A DNA stretch of 64,000 nucleotides, from NCBI GenBank assembly GCA_965112155.1, contig OZ218102.1. The stretch is one strand, 5' to 3'. Positions 48,001-59,372 of this stretch are shown piece by piece. The notes under the pieces are model-generated. The model saw only the letters and a program-made list of their open reading frames with translations. It was not told the DNA's origin and ran no database searches. The stretch's first letter is position 1, and each line of letters opens with the position of its first letter. The position numbers and the translations under genes are program-made. Source of the DNA: Podarcis liolepis. Taxonomy: Eukaryota.

Positions 48001-48736
48001 GTTCCCTATCGTAGACCAAGTCTCTCCTGTGGCATTTCGTCTCCGGTTACCCGCAACACTGAAGGTTCACCCGGTCTTCCACAGGTCCCTTTTGAGTCCG
48101 GTGGCCCCACCCGACGAGTTCCACCCGAACCGTCCCCGACCGCAGCCAGTGTTGGTTCGGGGAGAGCCTGAGTACGAGGTGGAACGCATCCTGGACTCCC
48201 GATACCGCAGGGGAAAGCTGCAGTATCTCATTGACTGGAAGGGGTACGGACTGGAGGACCGTTCCTGGGAACCAGCGGCCAACATCCACGCACCTGCCTG
48301 CCTCCGAGAGTTCCATGCGACGTACCCCGGCAAGCCGGGTCCGGACCCTCGGTTGAGGGGGGGGCCTGGGAGGGGGGATGGTGTGATGGCCTGGGATTCC
48401 GATTCGGAGGATGAAACAGAGGAATCCCAGCCTGCACAAGAGTCCCCGCCTCCAGGGCCGGCTGAACTGGGGCAAGGCCTAGATGCTGAAGAACCTGCAC
48501 CTGTGGCAGTGCATCAGGAGCTGGCCCCAGGTGAAACCCTTCTGGCCCCAGAGAGGCTTGACGACTCAGTGGCCACAGGTGAGCCTCCTCCAGGGCCCAG
48601 TAACCCTTCGACCTCTCCTGATCTGCAGAGGCTTAGGGCAGAGAGGCGAAGGGAACTGGTTGCCCCCAGGAGGAGTGCTCGCCTTAAGGCCAGAGGAGGC
48701 GGGGCTCCTGGGGGCCGGGACCGCCCCTGGCCTTAG
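44939..48736 (+). CDS. pol: Pol: protease, RT, RNase H, integrase, chromodomain and LTR-encoded tail; expressed as Gag-Pol by frameshift (first ATG at 45014)
   Basis: ALVDSGA (DSG 45092-45100), YLDD (46016-46027), VETDAS, HHCC (HDAPAAGH..CDVC), SLDFI/SDRG/GQTER, GPF motif, chromodomain EYEVERILDSR..YLIDWKGY..SWEP; no stop codons. Confidence 0.95.
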   Translation, partial: GKPPTPVADGPSYRGSQTVQNGPAPMDLQHLMVSVRLYPPGGPWILTHALVDSGATRSYMDAAFATRHQVPLRNKPVPIQVEAIDGRLLRSGAVTQETQPLVLCLQQHRELRTLDIASMPRFPLVLGMDWLEAHNVQIDWVKRTVHFPDPCSHAQSGTLAAAPSEEAAPTLPAVYQDYQDVFEERGADQLPPHRPFDCGIDLQPGAPLPVSRLYSLTEPEREALQDFLRKNLERGFIRPSTSPTAAPVLFVKKKCGELRPCHDYRALNKITVPDRYPLPLISELLERVQGAQVFTKLDLRGAYNLIRIRAGDEWKTAFGTRYGQFEYLVMPFGLCNAPAVFQRYINHVFQDLLDKYVVVYLDDILIYSRDPAHHEGHVRTVLQRLREHRLYAKLIKCEFHQRTVDFLGHRLSPDGVQMDPGKVTAVREWAAPRNRKDLQRFLGFANYYRTFIADYAHRTTPLTRLLRPKTPFSWDKEAEEAFQGLKACFQRAPILQHPDPSRPFVVETDASSTALGAVLSQQIGPEAPLLPCAFYSRQLLPAERNYTVWERELLAIKVAFEVWRHHLEGARHPVEVRTDHRNLEYLQTTRKLNQRQIRWALFFSRFQFRIRYIPSSQNQKADALSRKPEDNADTVQQAEPTTILPPAAFLATQEAQPLQVRVREQQRVDAWAQDRLRELAEGSSPQYPGLVLHQGLLLHHGRLYIPPGPLRLEVLRMAHDAPAAGHFGRYRTTHLVSREFWWPRLKADVARYVAGCDVCRRAKGPTGRPPGLLQPLPVPPRPWHTVSLDFIVDLPSSRGCTCLLVFSDHFTKMVHCAPCPSVPTAKETAQLYLQHVFRLHGLPERVVSDRGVQFTSRFWRALHQTLGTEVCLSSAYHPQTDGQTERANAVLEQYLRCYCSYQQDDWVDHLALAEFAYNNAVNASTQQTPFQASYGYHPRLFPEVLPASAVPAVTEWLQELQSQQQLLVEQLHQAKEAYKAQADRHRQVGPELRVGDLVWLSTRHLHPSRPSRKLDARFTGPFPIVDQVSPVAFRLRLPATLKVHPVFHRSLLSPVAPPDEFHPNRPRPQPVLVRGEPEYEVERILDSRYRRGKLQYLIDWKGYGLEDRSWEPAANIHAPACLREFHATYPGKPGPDPRLRGGPGRGDGVMAWDSDSEDETEESQPAQESPPPGPAELGQGLDAEEPAPVAVHQELAPGETLLAPERLDDSVATGEPPPGPSNPSTSPDLQRLRAERRRELVAPRRSARLKARGGGAPGGRDRPWP
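48355..48381 (+). promoter_or_regulatory. Polypurine tract
   Basis: GAGGGGGGGGCCTGGGAGGGGGGATGG immediately before the 3' LTR. Confidence 0.8.
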
Positions 48737-49003
48737 AAGAGGACAAAAGCCCAGTCAGCCCGGCCCCAGGTTGCGGGAGCAACGTCGTTGTTGGCTTCGG
48801 ACCTCCCTGTGTTCCTGATTCCTGCTCGGCCTCCTGTTCCTGACTATCCGGTACTCCTGTTCCCGACCATCCGGTGTTCCTGTTCCCTGCACAGCCTCCT
48901 GTTCCAGCGTACCTGTTCCCCGCCCGGCTCTCTGCCTCGGACATTGCCCCTCTTCGTGTGGACTCTACTACGCCCAAGGTACCTTACCCCCGGGACCAGC
49001 ACA
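48382..49003 (+). repeat. 3' LTR
   Basis: Direct repeat of 43379-44000 (offset 5003); differences at 43608/48611 and 43784/48787. Confidence 0.95.
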
Positions 49004-49290
49004 CACTGCTTCTTCTCATCATATGTGTATGAGGCAGGCCTGGATAGCTATGGATTTTCTGAGATGAGCACAACCCGCTAGCCTACCAGAGGCTTGATGT
49101 AAACAGCCATTTTTTGCTTAAATTGAAAGGAACCAAAAATAAGAACTTTACTGACCTCCTTGCATGCCACAATACATTGCTGGTATACTGTGTTCACCAG
49201 CTTGGTGGATCACCAGTTATTAAGTCTTGTGTTTGGCATACTGGTTCTGGTAAAATAAAAATATATGAACTAAATTTCCCAACTACAACT

Positions 49291-49646
49291 AAAGGTAAAT
49301 GTAAATGTAAAGGGACCCCTGACCGTTGGGTCCAGTCGCGGACAACTCTGGGGTTGTGGCACTCATCTCGCTTTATTGGCCGAGGGAGCCGGCATACAGC
49401 TTCTGGGTCATGTGGCCAGCATGACTAAGCCGCTTCTGGCGAACCAGAGCAGCACATGGAAACACCATTTACCTTCCCGCTGGAAGTATTTATCTACTTG
49501 CACTTTGACATGCTTTCGAACTGCTAGGTTGGCAGGAGCTGGGACCGAGCAACGGGAGTTCACCCCGTTGCGGGGATTCGAACCACTGACCTTCCTATCA
49601 GCAAGCGCAGGCTCTGTGGATTAGACCACAGCGCCACCCACATCCC
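49291..49646 (-). mobile_element. Sauria SINE
   Basis: Homologous along its length to 30941-31288. Confidence 0.85.
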
Positions 49647-50940
49647 TAACTCCCAGACTATTTTCAGGTAGGATTCAATCACATTCAGGCAAATTCAGTT
49701 TATGCAATTAGTTGATCTGGTGTTCTTGCACAACAAATTCACCGCCCCGCCGTGGCCTTTTTCTATACAGAAAGTGATGGGAAATGAGGACAGTTGTTGC
49801 TTGATGGAGCGTTATAAAATTTTTAAAAATGCTGTCTTTAATGCTATAATTCACCTTGTAACCTTGTGAAGGGTGGGTAATAAGATACCAACAACAATAA
49901 CAACAACAATAACAGCCCTCCCCACAAACAAATCAGAATGAAACCTCGCCAATTAGTCAGTGGTGTCTAACCTGCCAGCAAAGTTTGTGCAGGATGAACA
50001 TTTAAAATCTGTCAGGTTTTGTTTCTCTCAGTTTCTCATTTGTCCAACCTGAAGTTCAGTTTGCCGCATTTCCACATCGACTTGCAATTTTTGTTTTTAA
50101 AAGTCCACATGATAATTAATCAGCATTTTAGTGTGAATTTCCTCCAATATACATATTTCTGTATGCAATTTTGCTTATATTTTTGAAAGATGCTTCCCCC
50201 AATATAATGCATGTTAATTTCATCAATATATGCAGTTTTATCCACACTTAACTTCAGTAAATGCATTTTGCACACACTACTTGGCTGCAGAACTACATGG
50301 GAAAATTTGGAGAAGTGTGAATTTTAAATGCAAAGTGAATTAAATTTCTGCCCTTTCCTTAATGGATATAATGTTGTACACAGGCCAGAGGATTCAAGAT
50401 CTGTTTAATTCATGGGGGCCCTGCTTTGTTCTTGAAATGGAAAGATAAAATAAAGAGAGGAAACAATGATTTCTTATGCAGTCTCTAGATAGCCCGATAT
50501 TTCTCACAGATTTGCCTATTAGGAATGCATTTTTATCTCCTTAGGGTTGTCAGAACCAAAATGTAAAGAACCCTTGAGCTGTGAGAGCTCATCAGAAGTA
50601 ATAGTGCCTAATCATTTTAGGGTTAAATGAAGATAATCAGACAAAAGGACATTATCCCCCAGGCATACAATGTTACAAAGGCTGGTTGCAATCTGAAAAT
50701 ATGGAATTCAAGTCAATCATGCTTTCTTGATTAACATATGCAGTGAACGTGACCTTGATATACATAGGATAATCCTACAGTCTAGCAATATTGGTGGGCA
50801 CTAACATTGGTGTAGATTGGCCAGCAAAATTGACAGCAAACTGATAATTCTGTACACAAATTAGGCACTGATGGCAATACTGCAGACACCATACATAGGA
50901 ACATAGGAAGCTGTCAATCATATCCCTGGTCCATCTAGCT

Positions 50941-51076
50941 CAGGCATAGGCAAACTCAGCCCTCCAGAAGTTTTGGGACTACAACTCCCATCATCCCTGA
51001 CCACCGGTCCTGTTAGCTAGGGATGATGGGAGTTGTAGTCCCAAAACATCTGAAGGGCCGAGTTTGCCTATGCCTG
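50941..51076. mobile_element. Palindromic hAT MITE nested in a tRNA-derived SINE
   Basis: TIR CAGGCATAGGCAAACTC / GAGTTTGCCTATGCCTG; TSD ATCTAGCT/ATCTTGCT. Confidence 0.88.
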
Positions 51077-52822
51077 ATCTTGCTCTCTGACTGCCAGTGG
51101 CTCTCCAGGATTTCAGACAGGGAGTGAACCTGGGATCTTCTGCATGCAAGGCAGATGCTGTCTCACTGAGCTACAGCTCTTCCCCTCCTGACTAGCTCCT
51201 CAGTCATCCATCAATTTCTATTGCACATGCAAAGAAAAAGAAAATGTTCAGGGAACACCATGCCTGTTACTGATTGTCTGTGTGGTTTAGCGGATGAAGA
51301 ACAAAGACTCCATCTGCTAGAAATGTGTACATTTCTTGTAAGTTGATTAGTGGTCTTAAAAGAAGAACAAAATAGTTTTCCAAGAGACAAAAAGAGATGT
51401 TGATTTAAAGACCTCAATTTAGCACCAGGAGACATGGGAGAAATACATAAGAAGATGGACCTTCCTGAGATATGTAAGAGAGGAATACAAAGGAAGGAGA
51501 CAAGGTGCAGACAGCTGTATCGTTCTAGTGAACCTTGAAAATGAAAATGCTCAAATACAATATGGGGGGGAGATAGAAAATTAGGAAAGTGACATGGAGA
51601 TCCAAGAGGTGACAGGGTTCCAGTATTGGTTTTATGGTGGGAATGTGCTAGACAGGTTTGTGATAATTGGACAGGTAGACTATTTGGGAGGATATCTGCC
51701 TAGCTGACATCAAAGAGTGAATTAAAAAGTTCTTGTGTTTGGAAAGTCAGTCTTTTCTTCATAGAGCTTGCTTTGGTCAGAAGGAGTGTGTGTGAGAGAG
51801 AGGCATTCATGAATAAAAAGAGGAACAAAGGTGACAAGAGGAGGACTGGGAATTAGCTGGGACAGAGGCAGAAACTGATAAAGTGGAAACAAGGGCAAAT
51901 TTCTCAAGAATGTATTGGGGACAGTTTTACCCCAGAGCTGAAGGCACTCACAAAAAAATCCCCTCAAACGACTGAGTAGCTTAGCTGCCTGCTGAACCTC
52001 CAGTTAGCTTATATAATTAAAAAGATAGCAATAACTTTTCTTTAATACAATTTGCCTTTAAAAAACCCCAAACCAAACTAAATTCCACCTCACCCTTTCA
52101 GTGAAGTGTGTCGCAAAGTGTCTCAAACCGTTTTGAATTCTGTCATTTCCTCTGTCGCCAACAAATGCTTCTGACCTTTTTAAAAAAGGTATCCTCTGGA
52201 TTTATTGTACAGGAGGCCTCCCTCTCTTGATATGTTTTGTGTGTTATTTCCTAAAAATTTACATACTGCTTGATTGTAGAAACCAAGCAGTTAACAAAAA
52301 GAACAAAACAATGAAATTGTCAGTAAAAGCAATTAAAAGACAACTATGTGAAACATTCAAAAGATAATCAAAATCAACAATAAGCTAAAAACCTGATTGA
52401 AGCACATGTCAACATTCTCTATATCGGCAGGTGCTGAAAAGGGCAGAAAAGTCGCTTCACTGTATTTCTGTACTGAATTCTTAAGAGCTTGGCCTATGCA
52501 AAATGTTTCCTGTGTATGTGCATGTCTATAAAGATTCCTGCAGTTGATTCCCATGGCTTCAGTGCCTTCTGGATATATTTCTCAAATATCCTACACCATC
52601 ACAACAATTCTTTCCCAGATTTCTTAGGGATTTTTAATTTGTAACCCTTAGTTACCCACTCCATCTATTTTTCCCTTCCCCAGCATCTCTCTCTGTTTTC
52701 CACGCTAACAGGACTGCTGGAATCCCCCTCCTAAATTAAACCAGCCAAGTCACTGGCGTATGCATTGTTCTATTCCCACAGTTTCTGGTAGCTCCCCCAG
52801 AAAATGAAGCAGACTCAAAATA

Positions 52823-53151
52823 CAGTGGTGCCTCGCAAGACAAAATTAATTCGTTCTGCAAGTTTTTTCGTCTTGCGAAGCACGGTGTCGGAAAAGTTTT
52901 GGAAAAGCTTCAAAAATCATCCAAAACCTCAAAAAAGGCTACCACACCGCGTTCTATAAGTTGCTGCTCGAAGTCAAGTCGCAACTGTATTAACGGTGTT
53001 AAGAAAAAGGAAACAAACTTGCAAGACGTTTTCCTCTTGCGAAGCAAGCCCATAGAGAAATTCGTCTTGCGAAGCAGCTCAAAAACCGCAAAACCCTTTC
53101 GTCTAGCGAGTTTTTCGTCTTGTGAGGCATTCGTCTTGCGGGGCACCACTG
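52823..53151. mobile_element. Tc1/mariner (Tigger-like) MITE
   Basis: TA TSD; CAGTGGTGCCTCGCAAGAC / GTCTTGCGGGGCACCACTG TIRs; internal TCGTCTTGCG repeats. Confidence 0.85.
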
Positions 53152-55244
53152 TAATCAGCATATTATATCCTCCAATAATAGGAATAGTAGTGTGTTTCTG
53201 TGAGGTATTTAGGCTGTTAAACAAATAATAGCACGTGAAAGAATGCCTTTTATATAGAGGCCAGGTTAAGGTTACCAGATTTTTTTCAATTAATCCAGGG
53301 AGACTTTTCAACTTCCTATTTAATAGATGGATTTTGTCAGGGGACTGATTTGTAAATCTGGGGACTGTCCCCAGGAAACGGGGAAGTCTGATAACCTTAG
53401 GCCAGGTCCTTTCCATCTAAGCAGTTTTGGGTGCTTATATTTTGTGTTGCTTTCCTCAGAAGGCTACATCAATTTTTTTATTGCCAGCATAATGTGCCTC
53501 TCTTCTTCCTTTAGCAATTAATATCAACATGGTGGCAGTTGTTTACAAGAGCACTGGAATATCTGTGGCAGCAGCTTCTGAAAGCCAGAGAGCAACAAGA
53601 ACATCAGGCGCAAATATGGTTTTATAAATTTTGTCACTATAGTGTGTGTGTGCACCTGCTTGCTATTTCTGAGTTCTTCTAAATAGATGTACATACTTCT
53701 CATTTTATTTTATTGTGTCTGTTAGCACTAATATTCCATAACCTTTCATTAACACCCACGTTTAAAACATCTGCATTGGCACTATTGCATGCAACTGATA
53801 TTGTGAAAGGGGTTAGACCAGGAAATGGGCCATCATAATGTCATCAAAACAGAAGCCTCTCATAGACCCAATCAGATGCTTGAGGGGCAGGAACAGGGAA
53901 GATTATTTTAGCAGCAGCAGCAGCAGCAGTCATCCTCATCACAGTATCTCATTCAGTAGTAGTAGTACTAATTTGTTGTTGTTGCTCCTGCTGTTGTTGT
54001 TACTATTTTGCTATCTATGATGATGATGCCACTTTGAAAACAGGATGCTAGATTAGATGGGCCATTGTTCTGATCCAGCAGGCTATTCTTATGCTGTTTT
54101 TGTTGTCCTCCTTGGCTCAATAACCGATAACAAATCATTTCCTGAATGCTCTTTTTCATATTTCACATGCAATGTAAAACAAATGCATCTCAGGTTAGCA
54201 AAGTTTAATCCTTTGTCCAAAGTCTAATGGGCCTCCACATCTGAAGCTCTGTGACCCTAACGTTCATTTGCTCTTGTCATCAAAATGTCATCAAAATGTA
54301 TTACTCTCACGTATCAAGCAGCATTAGTCAGGAGCTGGTGGTTGCACTGATGTGCTCTTAAGTCTCAGAAAGCTTTCCACAGAATCCAAGGAATAAGGTA
54401 GCATCAGTTTACAGAAGAACGTTCTTATGGCACCAGTCCAAAGCTGTGTTATTGGTCAATGAAGCTTATACTTTACATTCATGGCCAAGTCTGTCATGCT
54501 TGACATGTTGCGTCAGCTGCTTCTTTAAAAAAAGGGGGAGAAAGATGCTGTTGATACAGCTGTGATACAGCCCTTCCATTTCCCTCTATTCCAAACAGAT
54601 ATTTAACTAGACAGAAACTGCACAACTCTTAAATATGTTTATCGCCTAGCAAACGTTCTGAAAGAGGCAGAAGTTTAAGATTATGGCTCAGTTTCCCATT
54701 TCCCCTCCTGCATCATTCATTGGGGGGGAAACATAGCTCAGCTGTGGAGTATCTGTTATGCATGAAGTTCCCAGAGGTAGACCTACCTGAAACTTGGGAC
54801 TTGGTGCATGCAGAGTAGGCACTGACCTAGGTTTCAGTGAATGCTGTTGACTCTCAACATGCCTTTGAATGCCCCATTTTGGCCCCAGCATACACAGAAC
54901 CCCACATAGGGGGCAGCAATGGCAGCTAAGCTTTCCACCAGACCAGGGGACCTCTAGCACCAAATATGTTGTCCCACCAGCAGAACTTCCCCTTCTCTGG
55001 CAAGGTGGCAATTCCACCACATTCTGTGGCTCCTTAGCCACCCTCCTGGGAAGCTCTCTGAAATCAGATTCCTGATCCCACTAAATTCATAGGGTGAGAT
55101 CCAACTGTGGCAGCCCACTTGCATAACACTTGTGTAATAAGTCCCAGAACCCCCTGCAGCAGCTGTTGGGGCTGCAGGGGAGAAGAAGGAGAAGTCCCAT
55201 TGAACAAGTGGACACCTGCTTAAGCCACGTTGCACCTCACCCAT

Positions 55245-55443
55245 GTTGTTGTTTAGTCGTTAAGTCGTGTCCGACTCTTCGTGACCCCATGGACCAGAGC
55301 ACGCCAGGCACTCCTGTCTTCCACTGCCTCCCGCAATTTGGTCAGACTCATGTTTGCAGCTTCGAGAACACTGTCCAACCATCTCGTCCTCTGTCATCCC
55401 CTTCTCCTTGTGCCCTCAATTTTCCCCAACATCAGGGTCTTTT
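55245..55443 (-). mobile_element. Bov-B/RTE LINE 3' fragment
   Basis: 10-bp TSD CCTCACCCAT; (AAC)n tail; homologous to 62988-63172. Confidence 0.85.
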
Positions 55444-55635
55444 CCTCACCCATAGGATTTCTCATTTTTAAAAAACCTGTTGGATTATGCTTACACGATC
55501 TGTCTGAATGTAAATGTATAAGTCAAAGCAAAATGCTCATCACCTCTTCATTTCCCATGATTTCTGAGACGTCTGGCATGATTGCAGTGGAAGAGCAAGT
55601 AGTTCTTCCACAACAAGGGGTTGTTGCTTTGCAGT

Positions 55636-55928
55636 TGTTAAGCTTGTAAGGACACAGTGATAACAGCAAGAGCCTTTATTGAACTAACAGAACTGGGCAA
55701 CTGCTTATATACATTTCTGAAGGCCTGGGCCACTCCCACTCTCAACGTGATTGGCTGTCTAAACTTCCTAGCTGCAAATCATAACTCAGGGTTTAAGGGC
55801 CAATGGCAGAGGCCTAAATCCTGAAATGTTCTGTGATTGGATAACATGTATCGAATCAGAACACAGGGGCTCAGGAGCCTTAGTCCAGACTCAAGCTCAG
55901 GCAAACACACACCACTGAATACATAACA
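55636..55928 (-). mobile_element. Probable short solo LTR
   Basis: Minus strand starts TGTTATGTA, followed by CCAAT boxes, TATATAA and AATAAA in LTR order; TSD not resolved. Confidence 0.5.
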
Positions 55929-56116
55929 GTCTGGATTACCTAGGTACCTCTTTCTTGCAATTTAGCAGTCATGACCACAATGTGAGGGATTAGTAGACTG
56001 GTGTCCCCTAAAGATTCAGCTGTGGAATCATTAAAGATCTGGATAGTGGCTTCTGGAGGCATTGGCTGAAACGAGACCTCACTTTATTCTGTCCACTGAA
56101 TATTTTGTATTTTGTT

Positions 56117-56253
56117 CAGTGCTATTTTTCTAGAAAAAGAGGTGCCGGAACTCACCATGAACACCTTCCTTGTTCTCTTATAATGACAATAGTGTGCATC
56201 TGATAGGTGCTGGAACTAAGTTCTAGTAAGTTCCTGCTGGGAAAAAAGCCCTG
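56117..56253. mobile_element. hAT MITE, inverted copy of the 22211-22348 family
   Basis: CAGTGCTATTTTTCTAGAAAAAGAGG...GAAAAAAGCCCTG. Confidence 0.7.
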
Positions 56254-57349
56254 CCTGTGTTACATATTGACTGCTGCTTGGCTCATGCATCAGTTCCATA
56301 GTATTTTGGACTTAGATTGCCTTAAATCCATGTACTTCCATTTACCTCGGTTGCAGATCATGTTGACAGTCTAACCATAAGGGTGGAACTAGTCAATTAT
56401 TATAAACCTCCTGTTCTAAAATAGCAACAATGAGCCTCCCGTAACCTCCTGCCAGGCAAATGGAGTTTTTATTATTCTGATAGTGATAACCACACAACTT
56501 TCTCAGCAATTCCAAGAATAACAAAATAACAACAAATGCATGATGCTGTCTCTGAGGTACTTTTAACCTTAATAAGAGCTCCATTAATTTTTCATATTAT
56601 TGATAAAGCAAATGAAGAAAAGCCTATTTTCACATGAGCTACACATAAAAAGTCAGCAGATATCAAATTGAAGTAATTTAATCTTGTTTCTGGAGAATGC
56701 AATTAAAATAATGCAAATTAGGTTCATGCATAAGTAGGTATGATCAACACAAACATCAACCTCTGTATTGATATTAATATTGACATGCATTTTAATAACC
56801 TCTTAGGGGGTTAATTTAATGCCACTATAAAATATTGGTGTTTAACAACATAAAAGCACACAGTGTTACCTCTGGGAGAGACCTCATTCATGAAAATGGT
56901 GAAGCCAGTTTCAGACTACTAAAAGAAAGGATAACCTCACATATTCTGTTGTTCAGGAGCATCAGTATCTGTAAATGTAATATGGAATGGAAGTTGGGGG
57001 ACTCTGTACAGCTATAGATTCACTAGTAAAACTACCCAGGCTTAGCAGTGAATTTTCCCTCTCCTACCGGCTGACTAGCAATTGCCCCGAGATAAGTGTT
57101 CATGTGACAAAGAACATCATAACCATGTGCACCATGTTTCCATTCCCTTCCCTCCCAAGAGAGACTAGTGTGGCAACAATTTAGGGCAGCACTATGGTAG
57201 CTCAATATATGGGAAATTCTTAATCTCCTCAATAGCCACAAGCACTTGAAAAGAGGAAGGGAGAAAAAGAGGAGTGGGGTGCAGCCTTTATAATGCTAAC
57301 AAAGGCCTTCTAGCCTTAACACTCTAGTGAGAACCATTATGTGCAACCT

Positions 57350-57352
<3 letters not shown>

Positions 57353-57429
<77 letters not shown>

Positions 57430-57630
57430 TTTACATGCCACCCATCTGACTGGGTTGCCCCAGCCACTATGGGCAGCTTCCAACAATTTAGAAAACCAAG
57501 GTAAAACATCAAACATAAAAACTTCCCTACACAGGGCTGCCTTCAGATGTCTTCTAAAAGTCAGGTAGCTTATTTCCTTGATATTTGAAGGGAAGGTGTT
57601 CCACAAGGCAGGAGCGAATACCAAGAAGGC
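57353..57630 (-). mobile_element. L2-type LINE 3' end with (TTA)n tail
   Basis: Minus-strand peptide APALWNTFPSNIKEISYLTFRRHLKAAL; microsatellite 57353-57428. Confidence 0.7.
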
Positions 57631-59372
57631 TGGCCCTCTGCCTGGTTCCCTAGAACCTCACTTCTTCCTATCAGACTTCCTATCAGTCCCCCCCCCCCGC
57701 CCCACTGTACCTCTCAGTGCTGTTCTGTACATCCTGGAAAACCATACACTTTGCCTGCAGGAGGTCCCAGATCTAATCCCCAGCATCTCCAGCTCTAGGA
57801 ATGTCTCCTGTCTGAAAACCTAGTGAGCGTCTGCCAATCAATGCAGACGATGCTGAGCTAGATGGAGAAATTGTCCAAACTCAGTATAAGGCAGGTTCTC
57901 TAAGCACTGCAAAGATCCCTGTCCACTGTCTTTTGCACTGGACTTGCGGCAATCAACAAAGCAAAAAGGTCCTAAATGCATGTTCTGCTTTTCCCAAGAC
58001 ATACTGAGTTCTATGTTCGATAGTTTGTTCCCTCATGTCACATGTCCAAATGAAAGTACTTCTACCTGGCTCAGATCAGTTGCATGAGGTTGATTTGAGA
58101 ATCAACTGTTATGGATTTCTGAGAAATATAAACACTTAGTTTGACATTTGTATCTCAAAGAGGTTTCCCTAAGCAGTAGCTCATCCGCTGGTCAAATCTA
58201 GACCTACTTAATTTAGTAAAGAGAAGGAGCCACATGTAGCACTTTCGTGGGATATGAAGTTACCCTGTGCTTGGCTAATTTGTTGGGATAGCTTCATATA
58301 TTCAAAATTACTGTGGATGTTAGCTTTTAGCATGCTAGGCAGTGCCTTTGAGATTCCATCTTCAGCAGCAATGTGATGATTGGCTCAATTTGTACGGGGA
58401 GTAATGTTTGAGCAAAACCTAATCTATTTTTCCTGCCAGTCACCAGAGTAAACAATCTACTCTTTGGAAAGCATGTACATCACTTGAAACTATATGCACT
58501 TTAAAAGCACAGTATTTGTAGCTGGAGCAGTAGCATAAAGTTGTTTGCCTCTGATCCAATTGGCACCAGCAATAAAGTGGATTTTAGTACATCTCTGGCA
58601 AACCCTTGGTAGCACATCTGGGAAGTGTGGACATTGCTCATTAGAAGAGTTTTTCCACCTAATAACATGCCAGAATCATGACAAAAATACTTATACTTTA
58701 TGTCAATCATTTTTCTTTGCCAGTTTAAACATATACCCTTCTGGGAATAATTCTGATCCATTTATGGACCTGAAATTGAATGAATGGACAGAAGTAAAAG
58801 CACTTAGATGAAACTCTAGAATTGTGGGGTGAGAATGAAAAGACTTTCTGTATATGCTTCAGTTGTTGGAAAACTCAGAGTCAGATGACAGCTTGGGTGA
58901 GACCAGGCATTCTGACCCTTCAATCCCAGTGGGGTATTCCCTGTCCATCATACTCACAATCTGTTTGTTTATTTCCACAAAACCACTCAAAGTGGCTCAC
59001 AACATCTAAAACAATATTAAATATCTATCTAGATCTAGATCTATAATCTATATCTATATCATCACAATGTCAATAAAGACAGAGATTAAATCCATCCATT
59101 ATATAAAATATTATATAAAGCAATACAAATAAGCTAACCTAGCGTAACTATTTTAGACTAAAGACAGAAATGACCAAGTCCTGGCTGAGAAAGATTTCAC
59201 AAGGGGTTAAAATGTTGGTGACTAATTGTCTGTAAAGAAGATAGTTGGTTCAATGTTGTGTTTTATGAATTAAATTAGTTGTCAAAGACAGATGTTTGAT
59301 ATGGGGAAAAATGCCTCCTACCCCAAGTTGTAGTGATGGCCACCAACTTGAATGGCTTTGAATGGGTTAGGC

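Larger units (their letters stand above)
43379..49003 (+). mobile_element. Full-length Ty3/Gypsy chromovirus LTR retrotransposon (Tf1/sushi group)
   Basis: Two 622-bp TG...CA LTRs; TSD CACTG (43374-43378, 49004-49008); intact gag and pol; domain order PR-RT-RH-IN-chromodomain; no env. Confidence 0.97.

Noticed and set aside
44391-48500. Antisense and alternative-frame ORFs inside gag-pol
   Set aside because: Shadow ORFs of GC-rich coding sequence; no motifs
48382-48736. LTR-encoded tail as an env gene
   Set aside because: No signal peptide, furin-site/fusion-peptide arrangement or transmembrane helix; hydrophilic and disordered
43379-49003. Domesticated PEG10/RTL-like host gene
   Set aside because: Paired near-identical LTRs, TSD, PBS, PPT and intact RT/IN indicate a mobile element
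52910-53416. 168-aa ORF
   Set aside because: Spans MITE sequences; no homology recognised
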